Below, in pieces: positions 39,226-60,500 of a stretch of 64,000 nucleotides of DNA. The position numbers and the translations under genes were made by a program. This DNA is from Harriotta raleighana (taxonomy: Eukaryota): positions 516,119 to 580,118 of the forward strand of contig JBNZDD010013622.1 of the NCBI GenBank assembly GCA_050575255.1, read 5' to 3'. The notes below the pieces were generated by a model. It saw only the letters and a list, made by a program, of their open reading frames with translations, ran no database searches and was not told where the DNA came from. Numbering within the stretch: position 1 is the stretch's first letter; every line of letters starts with the position of its first letter.

Positions 39226-40410
39226 CCCATCCCTTGGCAGCTTCTTTCCAACTTTGGCCACTGCCCAAAATCTTTGCAAACACTCCATCCCCCTATCAAA
39301 TCTTTGTAAAACCCTCCTTCCCTCCTCCTCAAACTGTTTTATTTTTTATTTCCTCTGTATCGAGAGAGATGCCTTTTTTTTTTGCAGACTGGCATTCCAG
39401 GTGAACTTAGAAGGGATCCACAGTGAAGGGATCTCCAGCTAGGTTCCTGGCAATTAATCATTGAATGTTTCCCCATCTCACGTATACACACACACCACAC
39501 ACATACACCCACTCAATGACATGGAGTGTGCGAGTGCTAGGCCAGGGAGGCTCCACAAGAAGCGTTTTCATACACTATCCGCAATGGAAACAAATGCAAG
39601 AGGAAATACAGGTATGGTTTGTGTTGCACTGTATGGATTTAGTTAAGGCTACTGGAAGCAAAGCAGCGCAGTCACAGTCATAGACTTGATGAGGCTCCAA
39701 AAACAATGCAAATTATGAGTTAATTATTCCCAGGATGGTTGCCAGCAAGTGCCAGCAGCATTGAGGAGGTGGAATGACATTGTTGCGGTACCCGCACTGT
39801 GTTCTGACACCTTGCCTGAACAGTGTCTGTTCTGGGGATGTTGTGTGCCCGAAGGAGCCCGATCCAATGAATCCCGGGTGGAATCCACAAACCCTCACTT
39901 ATGAGGTTGGCGGGAAGGACTGAACACTTCTCGGAAGAAAAGACAGCTGAGAAAGAGACAAAATCCAGAAATCCCAAATGTTGAAAGATATGGATGTATG
40001 CGAGTTATTTCATTTAAGTAAAAATACAATGAACTGAATAACTGTTGAACCTTGTGCAACCCACAGATTCAAATTGCTCCTGCCCCCCCATACAACAATA
40101 GATACAGTGAGAAGGATGAATTGATTTTAACCAGTTTGGCTGGTCTGGTTTGTGTACTGCTGTGCATGCTCTTGCATGTTTCTTCTTTCACTTTTGATGG
40201 TATTTATGTTGCTACCTGCCTCCCACCAACATGAAATTTACAGTCTCGATCGCCCAATTGAAACCGTTCACTCAATCCACGACTGTTTGTGAATTGCTGT
40301 GAGCAACTCGCTACTGCGTTTTGCCTACACAATATGGAATTTATTCAGTGAAGTGCTTTGAAACATCTCGAAGATGTGCTCGGGTGCTGTATTAAATGCA
40401 AGGATGATGA

Positions 40411-48542
<8,132 letters not shown>

Positions 48543-48975
48543 TTCCTGCAGCAGGGAATGTGGGGTGGGTGGGGGGGGGGTGGTGGGGGAAGAGGGTTAG
48601 GAAAATTCTGTAAACCTTTGAGAAAACCTGACACTTCATGTAGAGATCTGCAGCTCTGTGCTTAGAGCGCTCTCCTCACAAGTGAGAGGACCTGGATTCA
48701 ATTCCCGGCAAGGCAGGGTGAAACTTTGGGCAAGTTTCCTTACTCCACACACACACGCCTTTGTTTATCCAGCAGTAACTAGGAACCCGGATGTTAGTTG
48801 ATTGGTGGGTCACTTTTCCGTCAGTGGAAGGCACTGCATCAAATGCAAAGATTATTATTATTATCGCCCCCAAAATCCACCAAATCCCACTTCAGTTTGC
48901 TCATTCAGGTCAGACGAATATTTGCTCAAGTGATGTCCAATAAAAGGTCCAAAGTCTTAGCCAATTTTGTCCCTC

Positions 48976-50020
48976 AGGGCTGGGCTGGGCAGGGGGTGGG
49001 CAGAGCTGATCAGGGGTGGGCAGGGCAGGGGCTGGGCAGGAGTGGGCAGGGCTGGGGTGGGCAGGGCTGGGGGGGGCAGNNNNNNNNNNNNNNNNNNNNN
49101 NNNNNNNNNNNNNNNNNNNNNNNNNNNNNNNNNNNNNNNNNNNNNNNNNNNNNNNNNNNNNNNNNNNNNNNNNNNNNNNNNNNNNNNNNNNNNNNNNNNN
49201 NNNNNNNNNNNNNNNNNNNNNNNNNNNNNNNNNNNNNNNNNNNNNNNNNNNNNNNNNNNNNNNNNNNNNNNNNNNNNNNNNNNNNNNNNNNNNNNNNNNN
49301 NNNNNNNNNNNNNNNNNNNNNNNNNNNNNNNNNNNNNNNNNNNNNNNNNNNNNNNNNNNNNNNNNNNNNNNNNNNNNNNNNNNNNNNNNNNNNNNNNNNN
49401 NNNNNNNNNNNNNNNNNNNNNNNNNNNNNNNNNNNNNNNNNNNNNNNNNNNNNNNNNNNNNNNNNNNNNNNNNNNNNNNNNNNNNNNNNNNNNNNNNNNN
49501 NNNNNNNNNNNNNNNNNNNNNNNNNNNNNNNNNNNNNNNNNNNNNNNNNNNNNNNNNNNNNNNNNNNNNNNNNNNNNNNNNNNNNNNNNNNNNNNNNNNN
49601 NNNNNNNNNNNNNNNNNNNNNNNNNNNNNNNNNNNNNNNNNNNNNNNNNNNNNNNNNNNNNNNNNNNNNNNNNNNNNNNNNNNNNNNNNNNNNNNNNNNN
49701 NNNNNNNNNNNNNNNNNNNNNNNNNNNNNNNNNNNNNNNNNNNNNNNNNNNNNNNNNNNNNNNNNGCAGGGGTGGGCAGGGCTGGGGTGGGCAGGGCAGG
49801 GCTGGGCAGGGCTGGGGTGGGAAGGGGTGGGCAGGGCTGGGGTGGGCAGGAGTGGGCAGGGCTGGGGTGGGCAGGGGTGGGCAGGGCTGGGTTGGGCAGG
49901 GGGTGGGCAGGGCTGGGGTGTGCAGGGGTGGGCAGGGCTGGGGTGGGCAGGGGTGGGCTGGGGTGGGCAGGGGTGGGCTGGGGTGGGCAGGGGTGGGCTG
50001 GGGTGGGCAGGGCTGGGGTG
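48976..50020 (+). repeat. G-rich pentamer minisatellite (GGGCA/GGGCT/GGGGT) spanning an assembly gap
   Basis: Visible on both sides of the N-run 49080-49765. Confidence 0.9.
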
Positions 50021-50139
50021 GACTGTTTAGGGTTCATTTGTTAAATAAAAGATTTTCAATCCAAACGTGTTTAATCTGGACTCTGTGCTTTCCCCTTTTG
50101 TAGGGCCACTCACTGACTGGGGTCAGGGCTTGATTTCAA

Positions 50140-50385
50140 CACAGTCACACTCACACTCACTGCCACTCACACTCACTGGCACTCACACTCACTGCCAGTC
50201 ACACTCACATTCACTATCACTCACACTCACTGCCAGGCACACTCACTGCTACTCACACTCACTGCCACTCACACTCACTATCACTCACACTCACTATCAC
50301 TCACACTCACTATCACTCACACTCACTATCACTCACTATCACTCACACTCACTATCACTCACACTCACTATCACTCACACTCACT
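50140..50385 (+). repeat. (TCACAC/TCACTA)n simple repeat
   Basis: Direct reading. Confidence 0.85.
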
Positions 50386-50402
50386 GACTTCCTGTATCAG
50401 GT

Positions 50403-50480
50403 GTCTCCATGGTAACCCACGGAGTGGCGCCTGCGCACTGAGCCAGACTGCGACCCGGAAGTGCTATTGTTGCCTGGAGC
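50403..50480 (+). promoter_or_regulatory. FBF1 promoter: RFX X-box, NRF1 and ETS/GABP motifs
   Basis: GTCTCCATGGTAAC (50403-50416), GCGCCTGCGCA (50427-50437), CCGGAAGTG (50455-50463), GTTGCCTGGAGC (50469-50480). Confidence 0.7.
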
Positions 50481-50519
50481 CGCCCCGCATCAGCAACAGA
50501 TTAAGGGAGTGTGACTGGT

Positions 50520-50790
50520 GGGGTGGGGGGGGAGAGGGAGAGAGTGTGACAGGGGAGAGAGTGTAGCGGGGGGAGAGGGAGAGTGTGTGACGGGAGAGTG
50601 TAGCGGTGGGGGGAGAGGGAGAGAGTGTGACGGGGGGCGGAGAGGGAGAGAGTGTGACGGGGGAGGAGAGGGAGAGAGTGTGACGGGAGAGAGTGTAGCG
50701 GGGGGGAGAGGGAGAGAGTGTGACGGGGGAGGAGAGGGAGAGAGTGTGACAGGGGAGAGAGTGTAGCGGGGGGGAGAGGAAGAGAGTGTG
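50520..50790 (+). repeat. Purine-rich minisatellite (GGGAGAGAGTGTGAC-based) just downstream of the FBF1 promoter
   Basis: Direct reading; repeated units of about 15-25 nt. Confidence 0.8.
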
Positions 50791-51551
50791 AGAGAGGGAG
50801 AAAGAGTGAGTGTGAAAGGGACAGAGAGAGAAAGAGTGAAGGAGGGAGTGAGAGATAGTGTGTGTGTATGCCTGTGTGTGTGTGATGGATAGAGAGTGTG
50901 AGAGAGAGTGAGGGGGGGGGGGGGGGGGGGGGGGAGAAACTGAGCCAGTCCCTCTGTGAGGGTCTCTGGTCTGGTTGCTGGGCCGGGCGGGTCCGCAGTG
51001 TATCCGGGGCTCTCACCGCTGATGACAGGACAGCCCCAGCCCTGACTCAGCAACAGGACCAGTCACTGGGGGCAGAGAATCCTCACACACAGGAACAGGA
51101 GGAGGCCATTCAGCCCTTAGAGCCTGTTCCACCATTTAATTAGATCATGGCTGATCTGTACCTCAACTGACCCTTTCAATTCAAATTTCCCGCTTTCTCC
51201 CCGTATCCCTTAACACCCCCAACCTACCAGCTCCTGTTAACCCTACAGCCAAAGCCCTAAATAACGGGTTGGTTGGTCCGAGCTGGACAAGCAATGGGAA
51301 AGCTTGGCCAGACAGCTCTCTCTCTCTCTCTCAATGGCTAAGCCATGTGCTTGTATAGCTGGCTAGACTGCAGCAGTTACCCCAACGCACACTCTGGGCT
51401 CCCCTCCTCTCCCCTCTTCCCCCCCCCTCACAAGTCTTGGCTCTTGCCAACCAGGTGACAACGTCTGTGGCTGATTTTCGTCCCCAACCCCGACCGTCTT
51501 GATCCCTCGTCTAAGCTGCTGATGACAGACGTGCTTAGAAAGAAACATAAG

Positions 51552-54500
51552 ATGGTAAGTGGAGACCTTCTGTCACTGGCTGAAACAACATTGACAGTCA
51601 TTTAGGCTATCGTGTCTCCATTTGATCTGTCCGCTCACAATCCTCCCCCGACCCCACATCTGCTGGCCTGCCCTTCCTGACCCAGCACCTCCTGACGTCG
51701 GAGTTCTCTGAAAGAGGACTAGCCCGACACCCAGTCACTGAACTTGTGCTGTGATGTACAAAAGAGCTGCCTCCCAACCTTCTCCCGCAAATCACTCCTC
51801 TTGATATCTGTTGAGTTCCTCTTATATGCCTCTTAAATTATAAATAGTATAATTTTACAAATTTTGTCAATCAAACTACAGCTGGTTGGGAGACACTGCT
51901 ACATAACAACAACAACAACAACAGCAACAACAAAATTACACTTTTTTCATGCCTTTCATGTCCAGAGGATGTCCCAATATGTAATTGGCTGCTGCATTTC
52001 GTCTACAAAATACACAGTCACTACACTTTAAAACATATTCCACGGAGCGCTTTGAATCATGCAGGCAGGTCAGGGTGAAACCGGGCAAGTTTCCTTACTC
52101 CACACGCCTAATAATCCTCCCAAAAAACCACAATCATAAAATTGGTCATTTCAATCCACGACTGTTTGTGGGACGCTGCTGTGCGCAATTGGCTGCTGCG
52201 TTTCGCCCATAAATATACAGTCAATTCACTTTACAGAATATTCTGTGAAACGTAAAGAAGACGTGAAAAGCGCTAAATCAAATTCAAGGATCATTGTATT
52301 ATATCTCAATGCCATGATAAGGTGCTATATCAAATGCAAGGATTATCAGTATAATATATAATTCTATATTATAAGCAGAAGTTCAAAAGTGGCTTCAGCA
52401 GAGAGGTGTACAAAAATAGAATTATGCAAAATTATATGTTTGTGTTTCAGAGTTCAAAACAAAAGAGAGGTTTCCATGGTAAGTTCATTTGCTTCTTACT
52501 AACTTTTGAACTTGTTTGTGAACAGACAGTTGTGATAAGGCACTTTATCAAATGCAATGATTATTATGATTATTAACATTTATATTAAAGGAAGTGGACT
52601 AAGAGACGAGAATCAACATCTTGTAGTTATCTTGTGCCCTTTCAAGCAGGATAGAGTCTAGGAATTGCTGCACAGGGAAGAATTGGGATGTGTGTTTCTC
52701 TTGGCTGTGACTGTCTCCTGTTCAGTGGGACTCTGTGTCTTAACTCACAGGCTACTTTACATGCTCTCTCTGGTCAGTGTTTGACTGTAACATTGGGGTG
52801 AGCAGGCTGGGCAGCCTCTCATGTGTCTCTGTCTGTTTCAGACTCGATCGATGACGTGTTGGGTGACCTTCTCGGTGAAGATGGTAAGATTGCATTCAGT
52901 GTGTTCTCACAGCCAGCTGGTTATACTAACTACCGTTATATTGACCACTGTTATATTACCCATTGTTATACTAACCAATGTTACAGTAGCTTTTACACAA
53001 CCTGTGTCAGAGCCCACTGCAGTAGTTAATCTTCCTCACAAAGTAGCCCCAATCTGCTAATTGTGTGTGTGGAGCTGAGCGGCTGCTGATTGTTGCCTGC
53101 CTCTCACTTTGCGCTGACAGACGACTCGCCCACGAAGCCTCCACGAGCCAGCAACACTCCCGGCAAGCTGGCCAGGCCATCGCGAACTGGCAAAAGGTAA
53201 GTGTGAGAGCTGTGGCCACTCACAGCCACAGGCAACCGGCAACCACATTGAGCACAGTGACCTCCACTAGCTATACCCTCAGTCCTCACACACACCCTCC
53301 CTTCACACACACCCTCCCCTCGCACACACGCTCCCCTCACTGAGGCCGCTGCTTTGTACCAAATTCCCCCCCTGCCCATCCCCCAGTGAATATTTTGGGG
53401 TCAGATCCTGATAGTTAATTCACTTTATATTCTGTGAAGCGCTTTGAGATGTCTCAACGATGTGATAAGGCGCTTGCTATATCCAATGCAAGGATTATTA
53501 TTATTATTATTATTATTATGTGAAAGAGTTAATGCAATGATTGTATTCTGAATCAGGTCATTGTTGGATGATGATTTCTTCACTAATTTGGCTCAGGAAG
53601 CTGACCAGGACAATGAGGTGAGAATGCCTTTCACTGACACACACACACACAAACACACACACAGCACTTTTATAGACAAACTTACGAGGGTCTGCACAGG
53701 TGCATGTGTGTGGCCCTGCACTGATGTGTGTGTGTGCACAAGACGCAGGTAAGTGTATGGCTGTGGGTGTGCGCCGATGAAAACCTTGGTCCATGCCTTT
53801 GTCACTTCTTGGCTGGACTATTGTAATGCCCTCCTCTCCGGTCTCCCCTCCTCCACAATCCACAAAAACCAGCTCATCCAAAACTCTGCCACCCGCATAC
53901 TCACCTGCTCCAAGCTTCGCTCCCCCATTACCCCAGCCCTTGCCAGATTCCACTGGCTCCCTATCCCGGAGAGGATCGACTTCAAGATCCTCACCCTTGT
54001 TTTCAAATCCCTCCACTCTTCTGCACCCCCCTATCTCTCTGATTTCCACTCCCCCCCAAACCAGCACCTGCTGCCTTCGCTCCTCTGGGTCTGGCCTTCT
54101 CCATGTCCCCCGAATCCTCCGTCCTACCCTCGGCAGCCATGCCTTCAGCCACTATGCCCCGAGGCTCTGGAACTCCCTTCCTCACTCCCTTCGCCTCGCC
54201 CCCTCTCTTCCTAGTTTCAGGTCACAGCTGAAGACCTTTCTCTTCGACCGCGCTTTTGGTCACCTTTCTGCCCCTGCCTCTGGCTCGGTCCCAGGATCTG
54301 CTATTGTGAAGCGCTCTGAGACACCATCCAGCGTGGAGGGCACTATATAAATCGAAGTTGTTGTTGTTGCGCTGGGACGTGTTATCTGAGCCAGTGGAGA
54401 AATTGGTTGCTTATCAATGCACAGGCAGGCAAACCTGTCACGGTAAAGAAAGCAGTGTTCATAAGCTGATGTTGATGGACAGAATCGACATGAATGAATG

Positions 54501-57500
54501 CTACCAGGCCGACCAACACTGACAATGTTTCCCTTTGTGTAGGAGTCAGAAGTGTCCGAGGCTGATCCTCAGGCTCTGTTGGACAGTATGAAGGTAAGTG
54601 CGGAACAGGAAGTAAACAATAAGGAGCAACGCAGTGCGGAGACTCCGACCGAGAAACTCTCACACTGAAATCAGTTGGATTGAGATGACATGAGAGCTTC
54701 AGAATCATATCGCACGCTGATACTTTCTTGTTTCCTGCTGGAGCGCTTTGGGGGCGCTATCCTGCATGAGTGGGCGCTTTTACTATATAAATGCAAGTTG
54801 TTCTTGTTTTTGCTGTTAGGGGAAAGTGTGTCATCGCCTCTCGGGGGGACCAGAGACAGTTCACGTGTTGAGGGGTGCAGGGGGTCGGGAAGGAGATGGT
54901 GGTGTTGCCTGGGCCAACTGGGCCATTAACCCAAAGGCCATGGACTCGAATCCCCCCACCTCCACCACCAATGGTGTCCATCGGGAAAAGTAATCACACA
55001 CACTGTACACCGTGAAAGAGCCTGTTCAGCTGACGCCGTGTTCTCTATGTGCAGAACATTGAGGACATGGACGCTGATCTCTTCAGCAAAGGGAAGAAAG
55101 CCAGTCCATCCCCGAGCCAGACAGCGGCCACGGGAGCCTCCAAATCACCACCACCAGCAGCCCAGAGCAGAGCAGCCAAAGGTACAGACAGTCCTGTGTG
55201 GGGATGAGTGCATCTTGGGGAAGTGGATGTGTATGTTCTCAGGGGTGTGTGAGTTTGCCCTTGAGGGTGGTGACCCCAGGATGGGGGTGAGTTGGCCCTT
55301 AGGGGATGATGGTGTCCACTGGGTGTGGTGGGTATTTGTTCAGTTTTGATACTGTGTATTTTGATCTCCCCTAAGGTCTGAGTGTAGTGACTGTGTATTT
55401 GTGTTTTCATCCACATTTTGAAGTTGAGGTACAGATCAGCTATGATCTAATAGAATGGCAGAACCGGCTTGAGGGACTGAATGGCCTCCTCCTGTCCCTT
55501 TGTTCCTATACTTATTCCTCGTTCAGTTTTTTCCCCGGAGATTAACTTAAAACATGGAGGATTTTGTTTTGAAGATATACTTTTATAAAGATGGAAATCT
55601 CCAAGCGCTGCTGCTTTGGCTGGCTTGATAAGCACCTCACGTCTTGCTCAGTCGACATCACGCAGCGTTCTGCATGGAAGGGGGAGGTTCATGTAAAAGG
55701 CATATATAAATGATTATTGTTCTTATACTGATATAAACATCAATTATTGTTGTTGCTGCAGATGTTCCCGGTCAGGATGAGAAGCCGGCCACTGCCCGGG
55801 AATCCGCTGGGCGACCGTACAAGAAATTCACCTTCAGCGGTGAGTTAGCGCCACATGCCACACCACCAGCCAAGCCACATCCCCGTAGCCAGGCCCCCAA
55901 CCAAGCCACCCCCTGTAGCCAGGCCTCCAGCTCAGGGACGGAACAGCTCAGGTAACATTTCTGATTCCCATCTCCATCCCAGACCTGGATGACCCGTTGG
56001 CCGGCATTTTATCCGACGAGGAGAGTGAACCGAAGAAGCCAGTGGTTTCCGGGAAGCAGCGGAGCGTCCGCAGTGCAGAGCTGGATGTGGCGAAGAAAGA
56101 GGAGAAAGGTAATGGGGGAATGGTATTCCACTGGGGACAAGAGTATTTTTAGCCTATTTTCTCCCCTGTCCTGTGTGCTAGAGATTGCCTCCCTGCCTGC
56201 CTGAGCCCTCACAGCAACTGGTCTTCACGTGTGGACCCATCAGTGAATGTCGACAGGGCAACAAACTCGGAGGGCGAGAACAGCTAACTCCTCACAGATA
56301 GACACAAGGTTAATGACCAATTAAGGTGCTGTGTGAGGTTAAGAACGAGTCGTGTTGGTGATTGAGTGATTTATTGTGACTGCGATTGGTTGCATTTCTC
56401 ACAGTATCCTCCAGTCCTGCCTCCGCTCCGCCCTCCGCCACCCCTAACCGGAAGGAGGAGTTGACCTTCGATGATGGCGACGACCTCATGGACGCCCTTG
56501 GGATTGGTGATGGCCGCAAAACCAACAAGGAAACAGCGAACAGGGGCGAGGAGTAAGTGCTGACAGGGAAAGAGTGTCTTTCTGCTTCAGGGAGATGGGT
56601 CTTGAGACGTCACGTGAGGCAGGGTCTCGTCACTAGCTGCCTGGTGTTATAGCCAGCAACACGAGGGGAACCTCTTCACACCTGCTCTCTGTGCATAAAG
56701 AGCACAAACAATGTCCTTCAGAATCTTCACCTTCAGCTCACAACACTGGATTTAGTGTTTGTTTCAGCTTCTCCCTGCACAGCCTCACTCCCAGAGACCT
56801 AAGATGCGGTTGAAGAGAAAGGTTTGGGATGGACCTTGAAAGAGGCGAGGGACAGGGCAGAGCAGAGGGGCTCTGGGATGGAGTTCCAGAGGGAAGGGGA
56901 ATAAAGGCTGAAGGCCCGGCTTCAGGTAGTGAAGCGGGCAGCGGGGATGGGGTTGGGGGGGAACATGGAGCCTATTGAGTGGAATGAAGTTGGTAAAAAA
57001 AACAGTAGGTTGGTTCAAAGTCTTAATGTGAAGCTTGAACTCACAACTCTGACAATGAGGTGAGTATGTGTTATTGACTGAGCCAGGCTGACACCCGAAT
57101 CCTCCTCTCTTTTTCGTGCTAGAGAGGGTCTCCATCCTGCCCGCTCCAAGCTGAATGAATTACTAGGGAGAGGGACAGCTAGCAAGCTCCTGGAGCGTCC
57201 GCCAACTGCAGAGCAGAAGGAGTTTAAATTGGATCCAAAATACAAGAAAACACAAGGTGAGGACCGGCTCGAATCCCGATTCCAGACTAGAGACCATCAG
57301 GGGTCCCTCAACCGTCAGGTCACCATGCTCTGCTCTCGGCTCAGAGAAGCAGAAATCAGATTCAAGGTGAAAACCTTGTGGAATCCTAAAGCGTAGCAAG
57401 CGAGAGGAACCTTGTTTAATGCTAATTAATCAGTTGTTAGTCGATTGCCGAATCTTTTTCCGGGGTTAATAATCCATTTGGGTCACTCATTCCGTGACTG

Positions 57501-60500
57501 TTGTGTGATGTGCACAATTGGCTGCCACGTTTTTCCCACAAACACACAGTCACTGCACTTTACAGTACAACCTGTGAAGCGCTTTAAGACGTCTCGAAGA
57601 CGCTACATCAAACGGAAGAATTATTATTATTATTGTTAAACCTCCCTGTACCAAAGGGTCCAGCAGAGGTTGGGTGGTTGTGGTTGTGTTCAATGAAACA
57701 CTCCTTCAGATTAGGGTCAGCCTCCATTCTGAGCTCTAGTGAATCATTGCTGTGTGGTTGTCCTCTGGGACGCCTCCCTGCGTGAGGAATACTGTACAAA
57801 ATGCCATTCCAGTAGTAACTAGTGTCTCTTTTAGCTCCTGTAGAGAAGGAGGAGTTGTTGGATGACTTCACCTTTGGCTCTTACCAGCCCACAGTGGCCA
57901 CCACCCCAGAGGGCCGGCAATCCCGACGGCAATCTGTCAGGTACGTTGGTAACACCAACACAGGAGTCACCTCAATTGCTGTGCGCATTCGGCTGCTGCG
58001 TTTTGCTCGCACAGTATGAAGTCCTGTAGTGTAGTGGTTAGCACGGTCGTTTTGCAAGGGAGAGGACCTGGGTTCGATTCCCAGCTGGGTCAATGCAAAA
58101 CCTTAGGCAAATTTCCTCCTGTTTACCCAGCAGTGATGATAACCTGGTTTTTACTCGATTGATGTGCTCTGAGCTCAGATTGTTATCCGCCATTCGGGGT
58201 GTGAATGGTCTCCGCGTCTCTATACCTTGTGTAGGTTCAGCCCAGTTGACGAAGGAGGTTCCTTTCCGGATCAGAAGCTCAAACCATCCGCTCCGTCCTC
58301 ACCCACTCCCACACGGCTCCGCAGCAGTAAGAGTGCGGGGGACTGGCTGGGCCTGAAGGACGAGGAGCCCCCCGACCTGGGGGTCCAGAGAGAGACTCCC
58401 TTAAACAGGGCCGAGTCAGACCCTACCCTACTGGCCACGGCTTCCACCAGCCAGCCTTCCCCCATTGGCCGACCGGTCTCTGCGGCGAAACCCAGCGCCG
58501 AGCTCCACAGGAGATCCACAACATCCACATCATCCGCACCGGGGGAAAGAGAAGACGACTGGCTGGCGGGAGCCCTGGCTCGCAAGAAGGCCCAGGCCGG
58601 AGATGGGCCGTTTGCGGAGCTGGGGGATGGAGCCCATGCACNCGACTGGCTGGCGGGAGCCCTGGCTCGCAAGAAGGTCCAGGCCGGAGATGGGCCGTTT
58701 GCGGAGCTGGGGGATGGAGCCCATGCACAGCCCACCTCACGGTAAGGTCTGAGATGTGACGGGAACCAGATTGGGGGAGACAGACCCAGCCTGCTGTCAG
58801 TATCACTGTCACACACCCTCACTATCACACACCATGTCCCCTCTCCCTGACACACATTCATATTTTTATTGTTCGTGTTGACTATCAGGGTGGAGGCCTC
58901 GCTCGGTGTGCGTGGACGGCCGACTGCTGATGCCCCCTCGGAGGCAGCGAGTGAGAGGAGACCTGGGGAAGCCAGAGACACTGAGTAAGTACAGGGAGCT
59001 CGGGCTGTTAGCTTCTGTTCACCATCAGCAACAGAGTATTATATAGATATGTGCAGAGGTGGAGAGAGATTGAGATGATCTGTTCACCCTATTCTGTATT
59101 CTGATACAGGCTCCTCTCTGGACAGTGTAAGACTGGGTTCCATGTGATGTACACAGAGTGTCCACAAAGTCCTTTTACCGAATACAATTAAATACTTAAG
59201 AAATAATAATAATCCTTGCATTTGATCTAGTGCTTTTCACGTTTTCTAGACTTCTCAGAGCACTTCACAGAATATACTGTAAAGTGAATTGACTGTATAT
59301 TTGTGGGTGAAATGCGGCAGCCGTTTTCACACAGTAGTGTCCCACAAACAGTCGTGGAAATGACCATTTATAATTTTTTTTGGAGGGATTATTATCAGGT
59401 GTGTGGAGTACGGATACTTGCCCAGGCTTTCGCCCTGATCTGCCAGGAATTGAACCCAGACCTCTCGCTTGTAGGGCGAGTGCTCTAACCACTGAGCCAC
59501 AGGACTCCACGATGTACATCGGCATCAAATTTGATTTAGAAAATCTTAAGCAACGCTAAAGAATCTATTCCTCTACATTGTTTCCCCAACAGCAGCTCGT
59601 CGTTTCCCTGGGCCCCTGCACCCAGACAGTCCCTGGCTCTGCCTGCGACTGACACCCGGGTGGGTGCGAAGGCCTCAGAGAATCTGACGCTGCAGAAACA
59701 GCCGAGGAGCGTGGAGGACGAGGAGCAGAAGAGCCTGCAAAGAGCTGAAGCCACCATCATGGAGCTCGGGGATCAGGTAATATCAAGGTCGCTGTACGTA
59801 GATCGCTCTTACCGTTCCCGGCTGGTTATGCTATCTCTGAACCCGCCACTCCCCCACCCCAACCACACCACTGCTGCATTGTGTTTCACTGTAACCTTAC
59901 CATCACATCACCAATCAGCCCAACCTCACCCAGGGGACAGCCAAGGAACTATTTAGTGTACAGGGAAAGGTAGAAAGATTGTGTCTTTTTGACATTCTCT
60001 CGTCACAAAAGTCTTTATACTGGCCTGAGCTTGCTCTGTGACCCCTCTCCCCACCTCCTCAACAACTAATCCTCTCCCCCCACCCATACCCACACACGCA
60101 CACACCCACCCAAACCAGTAATATACCTCCACTTCAGCTCGNACCAACAACTAATCCTCTCCCCCCACCCACACCCACACACGCATACACACGCACACAC
60201 CCACCCAAACCAGTAATATACCTCCACTTCAGCTCGCGTCACAAATTTGGCTCGGGCACTGCTGAGAACTGGCTTGGGTGGGAGCCGGCGGAGGTTTCGA
60301 CCTCCCCGCTCGCCTCCGTTATATTCACGACACGCGCTCGGTAATTCTCCGCGTAAACCGCTGTGATTGTATGCTTGTGTGTGAGGTGCGGAAGCTGGAG
60401 CTGGAGCGAGAGCAGCAGGGAATTCTGATGGAGAGTCTCCAGCAGAGACAGGAGGAGCACAGCCGGCTGCTCGAGGATGCTCACAGGTGAGTTAGAGCTC

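Noticed and set aside
48976-50020. Immunoglobulin switch-region-like repeat
   Set aside because: GGGCT and GGGGT pentamers are present but the AGCT-rich units and any Ig context are absent.
48798-50103. Long ORFs of 340-410 aa
   Set aside because: Made of N-gap and G-rich minisatellite translation.
58556-58728. In-frame 29-aa repeat ([11 protein letters not shown]...) in FBF1
   Set aside because: Single N at 58642 and one visible base difference; probably two haplotypes or contig ends placed in tandem.
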